DNA of 64,000 bases from an uncultured Candidatus Saccharibacteria bacterium. GTDB taxonomy: Bacteria; Patescibacteriota; Minisyncoccia; Phycocordibacterales; UBA2100. The stretch lies in contig CAZZHR010000002.1 of the NCBI GenBank assembly GCA_964654205.1, positions 65,800 through 129,799 of the forward strand. Reading direction: 5' to 3'. Made by a program: the position numbers and the translations under genes. The notes under the pieces are model-generated. The model searched no databases. It had not been told where the DNA came from and saw only the letters and a program-made list of their open reading frames with translations. This document shows, piece after piece, positions 17,901 through 27,226 of the stretch. The first letter of the stretch is position 1. The number at the start of each line of letters is the position of its first letter.

Positions 17901-20900
17901 CTGCCGATGTTGCGGAGTGTCCAGAGATTGCTGCCGAGCCCGTCCGAGAGCGCGAGCTGCGGACCTGTCGAGCTCGCGACCGTAAGAATATGGTACGGTG
18001 TCGTCGTACCGATGCCGAACGTACCGTTGAAATAGCCGAGACCGTTGTCGAGAATGCGGAAGCGCGTCGTCGAGGCGGAGTCGAAGAATTCCGTGAGTAT
18101 GCCCGTGCCCGTCCCAGATCCCTGCACTGAGAGCTTAGCCCACGGTGACGTGGTGCCGATTCCGACGTTGCCCGTCGAACCCTGAATGAGCATTCTCGTC
18201 GCGTAACTCCCGGCCGTTGCGTTGGCCTTGAAATGGAGGTCGCCATTGTTGCCCGTCTGCCCTATCTCCGCCCAGCCCGTGCCAGTACCCGCGCCGCCGG
18301 TCGTGAATATCATGCTGCCGACGTTGCCTGTACCGGCTCTGTTGAGGAAGAGTCGGAAGTCGCCCGACGTGTCAAAGGCCGCACTCGTACCGAAGACGTC
18401 GAGCTTACTCCCCGGCGTCGTCGTACCGATTCCCACGCTGCCGGTGCTCTTTACCGCCAAAAGGTCACCGCCGGATCCGCTCGATGAGTTGAGCTGCAAG
18501 AGGTCCGCGCTGGAACCGGTATGAAGACTTCCAACGATGACGGGCTTCGCGATGTCGTGCTCGTTGTAGATGTTGAAGATACCTGTAAAGGTCGGGGAGG
18601 TTTTGCCAAAACCGATCTCCCCCGTGGGACTGACGATGAAGGCGTTGACGCCGTCGGTCCTGTTCTGGAAGAAGAGCGCCCCAGCAGGAGTATTGCCGCT
18701 ATCCCCCGCGAGGAAGCCCCATTTCTTACCGCCGGAGTCCGTATTCTGGAGATTGAACCACGGATCGCTGCCGCTCACATGGAACTTCGCGTCGCTTGAA
18801 GCTGCGCCCACGCCGAGCAGACCCTGCACGAGTAGGTTACCTGTCGTCGTCGCGCCGCCTGAGATCGTGAGGCCGCCCGCCTGTGTGCCGTCGCCGATGG
18901 TGGAACTTGCTGTGACACCGAGGCCGCCAGTTACAGCGAGTGTGGTCCACGGACTTACGTTGCCGATACCGACACTTCCACCACCGCTTTGAAGGACGAG
19001 ATTATTCCATGCACCGGCACCGCTGCTCTGTGCGCTGAGTCCAAAATAAGTATTGCCCGTGCTCGCGCCCGACGCTACAAAGAGCACCGAACCGGCTGAA
19101 CCAGAGACCCAATCGCTCGTCGTTATCGCAAGTTGTGAAGGCGCATTACCGCCAGTAATTTGCAACTTACCGTTGGTCGGACTCGCCGTGCCGATACCGA
19201 AGTTGCCGCTGATGCGGTCGACGAAGACGAGCGGCGAGGAGGTACCGACGGTAAAGAGCGAGGTCGATGGCGGCGTCGATGTGCCGACGGCGAGACCGCC
19301 GGAGGCGATTGTGCTCGTCGCCGTCGTCGAAGTGGCGACGAAATATGAAGCGTCGACGAATGACGTAAAGCGAGCATTGCCACTAACGTGAAGCTTATAG
19401 GTGGGAGAGGTATTACCTATACCTACAGAGCCAGCTGTATTGAGGAACAATAAGTCTGTCGCCGCGGCGCCCGTGCTGATGGAAAATCCAGAGCTATCGT
19501 TACCACTGATTCCGACTTTCCATTCTGGAGTCGTACCGCTTCTGACAAAGCTGACATTCGGTGCCACATTTCCGTTTATCAAAATTCCTTGATACGTCGT
19601 TCCTGCAGTCACATGGAGTGGCTGCTGCGGATTTGTTGTTCCAATTCCAACCCGACCGCTTGGGTTCCAAATGCCGGAGCCCGGGAAGAATGCGGTGCCA
19701 GAGACAGAGAGCGCGGTTGAGGACGCATACGGGAACGTGGACGCTGCTGTGGTAGAAGTCGCAGTGAAGATTGGCGCGGTGATGGTGTTGTATGCGGTGA
19801 GTGCGCCGCGCAGGAGTGAGCTGCCCGCGACTGAGAGGTTTCCGCTTGAGTCGATGGTCGTCGTCGCGCTGCCGCCGAAGTACGCAGTGCCAAAGTTGGA
19901 GAAGTTAGTACTCGACGCATTCCCCGAGAATATCTGGAGCGCCGTCCAGTTGTTGGAGACACTTGTGTCCACGGAGCCCCCACCGCCCGTGATACAAGCA
20001 CCGTCTACGGCAAAGCATCCGTCGGCGAGGTTTATTCCATTGGCAAATGTGGTAGTAGCCGAGCCGGTAAAGGTAATATCGCTCAGCGTAGTCCCAGAAA
20101 GGGTACCGCCCGTAATCGTCGAGTCGGAGATATCGACGCTGCTGAGCTGATCGATTTTGTTTGTGTGCGCGACCGTCTGATACACATTGGTAATACTTGC
20201 CGACTGCGCTGTAGAGACACCGGCGACGAGGCTTGTGAGTCGCTGTTCCACGGCTGCGATCCGCGTATCGAGGTCGGCATCCGTGATGCCGCCGACAGAT
20301 GCAACTATGCGCTCGGTCTCGACGATACGTTCAACGACTCGTTCGTTTGTCACCACAGTCGATGTGCTCACAACAACAGGCGTTTGCTGCGATTGCGCTA
20401 CGATAACCTGTGCGCGTTCATACGGATCCATCGTGTCGATGAATCCCGCATCGAGCGGTGTAAGTGCGAGCGAGTTCGTCGCGTCACTCGGGAACACGAT
20501 GTTGTAGACGAACGTGTCGACGCTCGTGTTGACTGCCTTCGCGATGGTGCGCAGCGCATCAGGGAAGAAAGAAAGTGTCGCGCTCGATACTTGTGCGAGC
20601 GCGACCTCGGGATTCTCAACCGCATAGTACGTCGCATCACTCGCCGCGCGCACCGCGCGCGTCGCCACTTCATCAACTCGTACGAGCGACTGCGCGACGC
20701 TCGCCGCCATCTCGCGCGTAGTCTCCGCTGCAAACCGCGCATAGGCTGGGTCGACAAACGCATACGTGCCAAATGTCATGGTGAACGCAACGAGCATCGC
20801 GACAAACTTCTGCAGAAACTCCGTCGCGGGAGAAATCGTGTACACCGGCACGTGCACATGTGCGTGACTCAAAGTACGAGCAACCGCCTCGTGCACGCCC

Positions 20901-21349
20901 GACGGCGCCGCTGCGATAGACGGCATCGCGTGAGCGACCTTCGCGCTCTGCGCCACCGCCGCAGCCTTCAATTTTTCCTGCACATGCTTCGCGTGCGCCG
21001 CCAACGTCTTCGTCACAGGTATTTGTCCGCTCACAGAAAGGGCGCTCTCGACACTCTTTACACTTTCAGATTTCAACTTTATATCTTGTGGCTTATTCTC
21101 CACCCCGTGATATTCACGCACCCGTTCATCCGACAGCTGCTCCCTGCGGATGGTTTTCGCATGCTCTTGCTCCACGAGGTATTTTTGGAGCGAGCCCTCA
21201 TCGACGTACCAGTTCTTGCCGATTCTTCTACCGCGAAGCCTTCCATCACGGCAAAGACGAGCGATGTAGTCGCGAGAGAGCCCTGCACTGGATGAAGCAT
21301 CCCCGGCCGAGAGGTGCTTCTGCCCGTCGAAATATATTTCGTTGCTCAT
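14912..21349 (-). CDS. Giant membrane protein (~2145 aa): cytoplasmic excisionase-type HTH (HTH_17-like), one TM, then a huge extracellular fibre-like region with >25 GN(V/I)GIGTT(S/T)P..KL.V repeats and a poly-Gly stretch
   Basis: Start set at the ATG at 21349 (MSNEIYFDG). The listed ORF begins at an upstream GTG. N-terminus LSRDYIARLCRDGRLRGRRIGKNWYVDEGSL aligns with the HTH repeats of the neighbouring gene. TM is FLQKFVAMLVAFTMTFGTYAFV. Repeats resemble tail-fibre proteins. Confidence 0.8.
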   Translation of the reverse strand: MSNEIYFDGQKHLSAGDASSSAGLSRDYIARLCRDGRLRGRRIGKNWYVDEGSLQKYLVEQEHAKTIRREQLSDERVREYHGVENKPQDIKLKSESVKSVESALSVSGQIPVTKTLAAHAKHVQEKLKAAAVAQSAKVAHAMPSIAAAPSGVHEAVARTLSHAHVHVPVYTISPATEFLQKFVAMLVAFTMTFGTYAFVDPAYARFAAETTREMAASVAQSLVRVDEVATRAVRAASDATYYAVENPEVALAQVSSATLSFFPDALRTIAKAVNTSVDTFVYNIVFPSDATNSLALTPLDAGFIDTMDPYERAQVIVAQSQQTPVVVSTSTVVTNERVVERIVETERIVASVGGITDADLDTRIAAVEQRLTSLVAGVSTAQSASITNVYQTVAHTNKIDQLSSVDISDSTITGGTLSGTTLSDITFTGSATTTFANGINLADGCFAVDGACITGGGGSVDTSVSNNWTALQIFSGNASSTNFSNFGTAYFGGSATTTIDSSGNLSVAGSSLLRGALTAYNTITAPIFTATSTTAASTFPYASSTALSVSGTAFFPGSGIWNPSGRVGIGTTNPQQPLHVTAGTTYQGILINGNVAPNVSFVRSGTTPEWKVGISGNDSSGFSISTGAAATDLLFLNTAGSVGIGNTSPTYKLHVSGNARFTSFVDASYFVATSTTATSTIASGGLAVGTSTPPSTSLFTVGTSSPLVFVDRISGNFGIGTASPTNGKLQITGGNAPSQLAITTSDWVSGSAGSVLFVASGASTGNTYFGLSAQSSGAGAWNNLVLQSGGGSVGIGNVSPWTTLAVTGGLGVTASSTIGDGTQAGGLTISGGATTTGNLLVQGLLGVGAASSDAKFHVSGSDPWFNLQNTDSGGKKWGFLAGDSGNTPAGALFFQNRTDGVNAFIVSPTGEIGFGKTSPTFTGIFNIYNEHDIAKPVIVGSLHTGSSADLLQLNSSSGSGGDLLAVKSTGSVGIGTTTPGSKLDVFGTSAAFDTSGDFRLFLNRAGTGNVGSMIFTTGGAGTGTGWAEIGQTGNNGDLHFKANATAGSYATRMLIQGSTGNVGIGTTSPWAKLSVQGSGTGTGILTEFFDSASTTRFRILDNGLGYFNGTFGIGTTTPYHILTVASSTGPQLALSDGLGSNLWTLRNIGSTFYLATSTHSSTSTVAALSFSASTGAATFGSPSTTTFSGGIQSTLLNITGSATSTFAGGVQLTSGCFLLPSGQCAGTGSGSSGGGGGGNTLIGTYATSTVGTSSVVFTGDPGSAPSFSGGTLTLPSDTSYIEVEVWGGGGGGGGGGNGGNGGVGGTTCFGSNSVACSSPHLSATGGGGGSGSNGPAASGGSGSGGEVNLVGGAGGLTLGIDADGGETQDLYAVGGAGGNGARGGGGGAGTTAAGGAGNAFGGGGAGGGINDLNNVWSGGGGGGGGYAYELVGSPTGTFYFTVGSGGSAGNAGTGGAGGAGGAGGFAVKVYTNRTVGTASSTVAFHVHRNGSATTTVSDTVLVVDWTTETYDTNNNFDLTTNRFTPTVAGKYIVVASVGCTNTTNNCQAAVRKNGVAIANGPYRSGGADAAQVTTIVDMNGTSDYLEAAVLSTGTAVDGSAVYTYFSGSLLASGGSAPAGGNGNIQFNYGGVMAASSTLTWDTVNARFGIGTSSPWAKLSVHALSGETNTMLFEIASSTASATSSLFAVTNTGNVGVGTTTPSTKLTVYSNVASVDGVTVTNANSNGQSTYTVHSDTATGYFRAYGSGVGYGLGGNTSFGSNTSLVLFTNGNVASGGSDSIQFRTGGYESSQERMRITSTGNVGIGTTTPGTKLDVYNTSSGATADQLYLTNAASATSTASRLSFRALDVTGTGTTTSAITSILQQNFGGLGKGDLVFSTLQSGALTEVMRATSAGFFGVGTTSPYRKFSVTAAAANPQVAISYNDSTVASLQVDSTGDLTIHTSNKNILLSDDNLLVCASGCPTSPTGAGKLYVETAAGIGTTTPAAKLTIETQDSSTNFIQVASTTAQSLFVINANGNVGVGTSTPFAKFAVGAGGAITTVERSLSDGATVAINWLEGNQQKVTLGGNRTITFSNFIAGQILRLVVCQDGTGSRTLTWPAVVRWQGGSAPTLTTTANQCDLVSFVATNATSSLVVFGAAATGFR

Positions 21350-21640
21350 GAGCGATGATGCCTGTGGCCGGACGCACGATTTATCTAATATTCTACTACT
21401 CTTTTCGCCAATTGGACGTGTATCGGACACTATTACGTGTGGACAAGCCTAAGCAGAATTTGTACCGGACATTTTTTACATTTTTTCCCACAAGTTCGTA
21501 TCAACGCACAAAAAATTCTCCGTTTTTTTGAAAAAAAGCCTCTTCACTACAACCTCTCACCTCTTACCTACCCCCCTCCTCCCGGCCGACTCGGGCATCC
21601 GAGGAGCGACGTAGAGCGGTATTCCGCGCGTGTGTGGCGC

Positions 21641-21670
21641 AGAAAATGAACGGCGCCCAATTGGGCGCCG
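21641..21670 (-). terminator. Rho-independent terminator (minus strand): cggcgcccaattgggcgccg followed by TTCATTTTCT
   Basis: 8-bp GC stem and a T-rich tract on the minus strand, 25 nt after the stop of the 21696..22682 gene. Confidence 0.55.
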
Positions 21671-21695
21671 CCTTAAGGCCTAGTCACTACACGAA

Positions 21696-22682
21696 TCAGC
21701 GCGAATAGCGTACTTCTTTGCTCACGATGGCTTCCAGAAGGTCGATGAGTACTTCGAGGCCACTCGCTGCATTTGCGGTCATGGTCTCAACCGCGCCAAC
21801 ATCTGCCGCCTCGAACATTGCGTAAAGTGATTCACTCTTGATCGACGCAAAGCCATACGACATCACGATGACCACGGTGAGAGCCACGCCCGCTTTTATC
21901 GCCAAAGACTTAGACATTCCGGGCATCCGTCCACGTCGCATGGGTGCCGTCTTGGCCACTGCATGCGGCACAGCACCTGCACGAGCCCGCGTCTCAACAA
22001 TGCGAATCAGTACAGCATTCGGAAGCGGCTCCAACGCCGCGCTTCGCACTTCATCATTCGCCACCGTTTTCACGTCGGCTGTCGCATTTTGAGTGTCGCC
22101 CTTCAGCTGAGGTTTGTTCACCATTGGCATAAGATGCTTCTCGTCCCGGATGTAGGTGTAGTACGAGGTAGGCCTCTCATCTGATCTCAGCCCTTGAGGC
22201 ACATTACTCGGTGCCGGTCGTACCAGGCCTACTGCATCCGCCTGGACTGCAGCGAGAAGCGAATCTTTCTGGGATTTATGCGTCAAAAGGCCGTTTCTCT
22301 CGACATACCAGCGATTCCCTATTTGCCGAGAGAGTATTTTGCCGGCCCGAGCGAGCTGACCAATGTAGTCAGGATTGTAGCCTGTCATTTTCGCGGCCTT
22401 TGCCGCCGAGACATAGTCCTTGCCATCGAAGGTAATGAGTGTGTCGGCTGCGTCCACAGGCCGTATAGGGGCTTCTGGTGGCCTTGGGACGAATGAATCA
22501 GCATTGCGCTTGTACGCTTCGAGTGAGGCAGGATTCACGTACCAGAGCCCGCCTACGCGCTGCGCGTCGATGACTCCACCGCGCGCAAGCTGGCCGACGT
22601 AGTCCTGCGCGTAGCCGTATTCCTTTGCCGCGCGCTTCGAAGATATATATGTCGTTCCGCCGAGATATAGCTGATCTGCCAT
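21696..22682 (-). CDS. Membrane-tethered protein with two tandem excisionase-type HTH (HTH_17-like) domains, one TM and a short external tail
   Basis: Two copies of the pattern ..Y(I/V)S...AAK..GY..DY(V/I)GQLAR.G.I...R(V/I)G..WYV. TM is LAIKAGVALTVVIVMSYGFASI, preceded by RRGRMPGMSK (N-in). Start at MADQLY with a TATACT -10 box 6 nt upstream. Confidence 0.6.
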   Translation of the reverse strand: MADQLYLGGTTYISSKRAAKEYGYAQDYVGQLARGGVIDAQRVGGLWYVNPASLEAYKRNADSFVPRPPEAPIRPVDAADTLITFDGKDYVSAAKAAKMTGYNPDYIGQLARAGKILSRQIGNRWYVERNGLLTHKSQKDSLLAAVQADAVGLVRPAPSNVPQGLRSDERPTSYYTYIRDEKHLMPMVNKPQLKGDTQNATADVKTVANDEVRSAALEPLPNAVLIRIVETRARAGAVPHAVAKTAPMRRGRMPGMSKSLAIKAGVALTVVIVMSYGFASIKSESLYAMFEAADVGAVETMTANAASGLEVLIDLLEAIVSKEVRYSR

Positions 22683-22756
22683 GATGCAAGTATACAATGA
22701 GCCGCATCTCGGCTTCCCGACTTTCCGAGATTATGTGGACAGCGCAGTTCCTTCGC

Positions 22757-24196
22757 TTACCTCATTACCCCTTTTATGAGAAGCTCTCTCAATACCTCGG
22801 GGTCAGCTGAACCTCTGAGCTGTCGCATACACTGTCCTAACAAAAACTCAAGAGCAGCAGCCTTTCCTGCCCTGTAACCAGCCGCTACATTTGGGTTCGC
22901 GTCGATGACGCTCTTTACGACACCCTCCATAAGCACCGTATCAGTCTTCTGCAACAAGTCGTGCTTCTCCGCGATTGCAATTGGATTACCGCCCCCTTGT
23001 ACCATGAGCGCGAGAATATCTTTTGCAGCTCGAGAGGTTACCTTCCTTTCAGCGACAAGGCCGATAAGCTCCGCAAAGCCATGTGCATCAACAGGGATTT
23101 CGGCGCTTAAAATCGAATCTCGCACTTCGATGTCTCGGACAATTTTTACCAAATCATTCGCAATATAGTTACTCGCAATTGCGAGCTGTCCTGCGGCAAG
23201 CTTTGCCGCAACGGCGTCAAAAAATCTTCCGAATCGCTCATCCTTTACGAACGAATCCGCATCCTCAGGCTTCACGCCAGCCGCCTTGTACCGCGCGCGC
23301 CTTTGCGCAGGCAACTCCGGCAACTTTAAATCTTTAAACATTTCTACCTCTGAAAGCCTCAGGCTCGGTAAATCAGGATCCGGGAAGTATCGATAATCTG
23401 CGCTACCTTCTTTGGTACGCTGCGGGAAAGTCGCCTGCTTCGTCTCATCCCAACCGAGTGTCTGCTTGGTAACCTCGCCTCCAGTCTCAAGAAGCTTCGT
23501 CTGGCGCTCTATCTCGTAGCGCACGGCGCGCTCCATCGCATTAAAAGAATTTAGGTTCTTGATCTCTACGTATCCCATGGAGCGCTCCCCCCTTTTCGCC
23601 ACAGAAACGTTTGCTTCTACGCGCATCTCCCCTTTTTCCATGTTTGCCTCGCTCACGCCAAGCGCCCTGAGCAGTAGCTGCAGCTCGCGCGCAAACTCAC
23701 CCGCCTGCTCCGCGCTATGAATCACCGGCTCCGTAACAAGCTCCATAAGCGGGACACCAGCTCTGTTGTAATCGATAGTGGTCTCACCTGACACCTCGTC
23801 GCCTGCCTGCGCAGGTAGGTGCATCGAACTTGCTGTATCTTCCTCCAAGTGTACGCGCGTAATCGCTACACCGGCAAGCTCCCCTCCTGAAACTAGCGGA
23901 TGCTCGTATTGCGAGATTTGATAGCCCTTTGGCAAATCCGGATAGAAATAGTTTTTACGGTCAAACTCTGCGTAGTCTGCGAGCTTCGAGCCAAGCGCAG
24001 TTCCCACACGCAGTACATGCATGACTGCCTGCTTATTTATTACCGGGAGCGTCCCCGGGTGCGCCATGCACACAGGGCAGATGTTTACGTTGGGTCTTGA
24101 TTCATCAGGGTCATTTTTTGAAGCACAAAACATCTTCGTCTCGGTTCGAAGTTCGGCGTGTATTTCGAGGCCTATGGTGGGCACATACTCAGCCAT
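22757..24196 (-). CDS. gatB: Asp-tRNA(Asn)/Glu-tRNA(Gln) amidotransferase subunit B
   Basis: MAEYVPTIGLEIHAEL, ICPVCMAHPGTLPV and the C-terminal GatB/YqeY region. 479 aa. Confidence 0.85.
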   Translation of the reverse strand: MAEYVPTIGLEIHAELRTETKMFCASKNDPDESRPNVNICPVCMAHPGTLPVINKQAVMHVLRVGTALGSKLADYAEFDRKNYFYPDLPKGYQISQYEHPLVSGGELAGVAITRVHLEEDTASSMHLPAQAGDEVSGETTIDYNRAGVPLMELVTEPVIHSAEQAGEFARELQLLLRALGVSEANMEKGEMRVEANVSVAKRGERSMGYVEIKNLNSFNAMERAVRYEIERQTKLLETGGEVTKQTLGWDETKQATFPQRTKEGSADYRYFPDPDLPSLRLSEVEMFKDLKLPELPAQRRARYKAAGVKPEDADSFVKDERFGRFFDAVAAKLAAGQLAIASNYIANDLVKIVRDIEVRDSILSAEIPVDAHGFAELIGLVAERKVTSRAAKDILALMVQGGGNPIAIAEKHDLLQKTDTVLMEGVVKSVIDANPNVAAGYRAGKAAALEFLLGQCMRQLRGSADPEVLRELLIKGVMR

Positions 24197-24625
24197 ATGG
24201 CGGCATCATACGACCTCTAAGCCATACGCGGAACACCCATAGAGCCAAAGCCCGCCAATCTGTCAGCACCCCACTCGCCCTGCCATTGCCACCCTATTGC
24301 TGCTCACAGATACCGAAGACTCCGCAGCGGCACCCGTTCGTGCTCTGTACTTCGCTCATCGCTCTTCTCCTGATTGCGAACCCTCGGCCTTACGAGTCTA
24401 CCGAGATGCGTCGCTATACAAAGCCATCTCGGATGCCGAGATAATGTACACGGCAGATGCGAATGTTGTGGGTAGTGTGCTGAATCTTGGCCGACGACGA
24501 GCTGCAGTCCGCGTCGCGTTCAGCATGCAAGTGGAGCTACTCAGTACCTCTTGCCTACCATTGCGGCAAGAACGCGTGAAAATATACGCAACATTAATCC
24601 GCTCATGTAAAGAGCGCTTTTCGTG

Positions 24626-27151
24626 CTACACGACAATGCGCCACCCGTCTGCGAGTAGGGGCTCGGCCTTCTTAAATTTCATTTCCTTGGTCTCAGTGCC
24701 ATTCGTAATAATGACTTTGTCGTTGCGACGGTATTCTTTCTTGCCCGCAATGGGCGCTTGTGCGGTGATACTCCGCGCCGCTCGCGATACCGCTTGTTCC
24801 CCCGCCGTCGCCGTGTGCACTCGCGGCGCCGCTCCGATATGTGGAATTAGTGTTCGTACGTGCGCAGCATACGTCTCCTCTAGCTGCTGGAAAAGCCTGC
24901 GACCTTCTTTTTTGTACTCGACGAGCGGATCGCGCTGTCCGTATGCGCGGAGATTCACGCTCGAGCGCAGGTACTCCATAGCTTCGAGATGCTCCACCCA
25001 GAGAAAGTCGATGCCCTGTAAGAGTATGCGGCGCACCGTCGGGACAAACGCATCCGTAAGCTCCTCTTTCTTTTTCTGTATAGCTTGAGCAAGAGCCTCA
25101 TCAGAGAGCGCGAGCCGCTCGAGCTCAGCCAGTACCGCCCCCTCTCCACCCGTCAGGAGGTCACGGCGACGTGTGTAGATGCTCTTGCGCTGGATGTTGA
25201 GCACATCGTCGTATGCGAGCACATGCTTGCGTGAGTCGAAGTGTATCTCCTCTATTCGCGTCTGCGCCTTCTCGAGCGAGCGCGTGATCATTTTGTTGAA
25301 TATCGGCTCGTCCTCGGGAATATTGAAGCTCCCCATCACCCGCTTGATGACGTCGCTCGCAAAAACGCGCATGAGACTGTCCTCAAGCGAAACGTAGAAC
25401 TGTGTCGCACCCGGGTCCCCTTGTCGGCCTGAGCGGCCACGCAGCTGGTTGTCGATGCGGCGCGCTTCGTGGCGCTCGGTGCCGAGCACAAAGAGGCCGC
25501 CGAGACTTTTTACTTCCTCGTAACTCTCCGGTGTCCCTGGATTGCCGCCGAGCTTAATGTCGACGCCTCGGCCGGCCATGTTGGTCGCGATGGTTACCGC
25601 GCCCTTCTTCCCGGCTTGCGCGACGATCTCACCCTCGCGCTCGTGATTCTTTGCGTTGAGCACTTCGTGCGGGATGCCCTCTTGCTTGAAGTACACCGAG
25701 AGCAGCTCGTTCTTTTCCACCGATACGGTACCGATGAGGACGGGCTGCCCCTTCTCGTGCAGCTCGCGCACGCGCTTCGCTATGGCTTTCATCTTGCCGT
25801 TCTCGGTCTGCAGGATGAGGTCGTCGAGGTCTGTTCGCTGAACGGGCTTGTTGGTCGGCACACTCGCTACGTTCAGGCCATATACCTTGTAGAATTCTTC
25901 GGACGAAGTGGCTGCGGTACCCGTCATGCCCGCGAGCTTGTCGTAGAGGCGGAAATAATTCTGGAAAGTTATCGATGCGAAAGTACGGCTCTCCTGTTGG
26001 ACTGAGACACCCTCCTTTGCCTCTATGGCCTGGTGGAGGCCATCAGACCACCTGCGCCCTGGCTGCATGCGACCCGTGAACTCGTCGACAATGATGACAG
26101 TCCCATCTCGCACTACGTAGTCCTTGTCTCGCTCAAAGAGAGCTTTTGCTCTCACGGCGGTCTCGAGGTGATGCACCATCTTGATGCCAGCATCCGTATA
26201 TATATTGTCTATCCCGAGCGCTGCCTGCGCCTTCTCGATACCTGCATCGGTCATCGCTATCTGTTTGTGCTTTTCGTCTACGGTGAAGTCCTCCTCGCGA
26301 ACCATGCCGCGCGCAATCTGCGCGAATCGCCCGTAGAGCGATTCTGCCTGCGAGACGGGTGCCGAGATAATCAGTGGCGTGCGTGCCTCGTCGATGAGGA
26401 TGGAATCTATCTCGTCGACTATTGCGAACCGGTACCCGCCATCCTGCGGGACGCGCTGACGCAAACCTGCTGCCTCGTATTCAAGGTTGTCGCGGAGGTA
26501 GTCGAAGCCGAATTCATTGTTGGTACCGTAGGTGATGTCGGCGGCATATGCTTCCCCGCGCGTACACGGACGAAGGAAATCTCGCGCCACCTTGAAGCTA
26601 CCTTCTGTATCCTGCTGCGCCTCTTCCTCCGCCTTGAGTTCCGGCGGAACATGCGATGGATCGTATATAAATGACGACTCGTGGTTGAGCACTCCCACGG
26701 TGAGGCCGAGTGCATAGTATATTTGCCCCATCCATGCGCCATCGCGGCGCGAGAGGTAGTCGTTGACAGTGATGACATGTACGCCTTTGCCCTCGAGGGC
26801 GTTGAGGTACGCTGGGAGCGTCGCGACGAGTGTCTTGCCCTCGCCCGTGCGCATCTCTGCGATGCCACCCTGGTGGAGTATCATCCCACCGATGAGCTGC
26901 ACGTCGAAGTGACGTTGACCGAGCGTCCTGCGCGACGCCTCCCTCACCGCGGCAAATGCCTCAGGCGCGAGGCTATCAAGGGATTCCCCGCCCGAAATGC
27001 GGACCTTGAATTCCGCGCTCTTTCCCTTGAGCGCCTCGTCGGTGAGCGCCGTAAACGTGTCTTCAAGTGCATTGACAGCAGCCACAATAGGCTGCGCCTT
27101 GCGGAGCGCCGCGACATTGGTATCTCCGAAGAGTCCTTTCCAAAATGACAT
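24626..27151 (-). CDS. secA: Preprotein translocase ATPase SecA (lacks the C-terminal zinc-finger)
   Basis: Start at MSFWKGLFG. Walker A MRTGEGKTLVATLP and DEAD-like DEIDSILIDEARTPL. C-terminus ends ...ADGWRIVV with no CxxC..C(H/C) motif. Confidence 0.9.
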   Translation of the reverse strand: MSFWKGLFGDTNVAALRKAQPIVAAVNALEDTFTALTDEALKGKSAEFKVRISGGESLDSLAPEAFAAVREASRRTLGQRHFDVQLIGGMILHQGGIAEMRTGEGKTLVATLPAYLNALEGKGVHVITVNDYLSRRDGAWMGQIYYALGLTVGVLNHESSFIYDPSHVPPELKAEEEAQQDTEGSFKVARDFLRPCTRGEAYAADITYGTNNEFGFDYLRDNLEYEAAGLRQRVPQDGGYRFAIVDEIDSILIDEARTPLIISAPVSQAESLYGRFAQIARGMVREEDFTVDEKHKQIAMTDAGIEKAQAALGIDNIYTDAGIKMVHHLETAVRAKALFERDKDYVVRDGTVIIVDEFTGRMQPGRRWSDGLHQAIEAKEGVSVQQESRTFASITFQNYFRLYDKLAGMTGTAATSSEEFYKVYGLNVASVPTNKPVQRTDLDDLILQTENGKMKAIAKRVRELHEKGQPVLIGTVSVEKNELLSVYFKQEGIPHEVLNAKNHEREGEIVAQAGKKGAVTIATNMAGRGVDIKLGGNPGTPESYEEVKSLGGLFVLGTERHEARRIDNQLRGRSGRQGDPGATQFYVSLEDSLMRVFASDVIKRVMGSFNIPEDEPIFNKMITRSLEKAQTRIEEIHFDSRKHVLAYDDVLNIQRKSIYTRRRDLLTGGEGAVLAELERLALSDEALAQAIQKKKEELTDAFVPTVRRILLQGIDFLWVEHLEAMEYLRSSVNLRAYGQRDPLVEYKKEGRRLFQQLEETYAAHVRTLIPHIGAAPRVHTATAGEQAVSRAARSITAQAPIAGKKEYRRNDKVIITNGTETKEMKFKKAEPLLADGWRIVV

Positions 27152-27159
27152 GGATACCC

Positions 27160-27168
27160 ATCCTACCA
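27160..27168 (-). promoter_or_regulatory. Extended -10 TGgTAGGAT 8 nt upstream of the secA ATG (minus strand)
   Basis: Minus-strand sequence GTGGTAGGATgggtatccATG. Lies immediately downstream of the terminator hairpin. Confidence 0.35.
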
Positions 27169-27194
27169 CTGTGCGACTTTTCAATCCATGAAAA

Positions 27195-27222
27195 GAAGAA
27201 GCCTCCTTTCGGAGGCTTCTTC
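27195..27222 (-). terminator. Rho-independent terminator (minus strand): gaagaagcctcc-tttc-ggaggcttcttc followed by TTTTC
   Basis: Perfect 12-bp stem. On the minus strand it is followed by CTTTTCATGG. Separates an upstream transcription unit from secA. Confidence 0.55.
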
Positions 27223-27226
27223 GGGA

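Noticed and set aside
14993-21295. Several long plus-strand ORFs, including a Pro-rich one at 17109..17777 and a 376-aa one at 20165..21295
   Set aside because: All lie inside the 6.4-kb giant gene on the opposite strand. The poly-Pro frame is simply the complement of its poly-Gly (GGN) tract.
24297-25088. 263-aa plus-strand ORF spanning the gatB-secA spacer and the 3-prime part of secA
   Set aside because: Overlaps secA antisense. No start context or domain.
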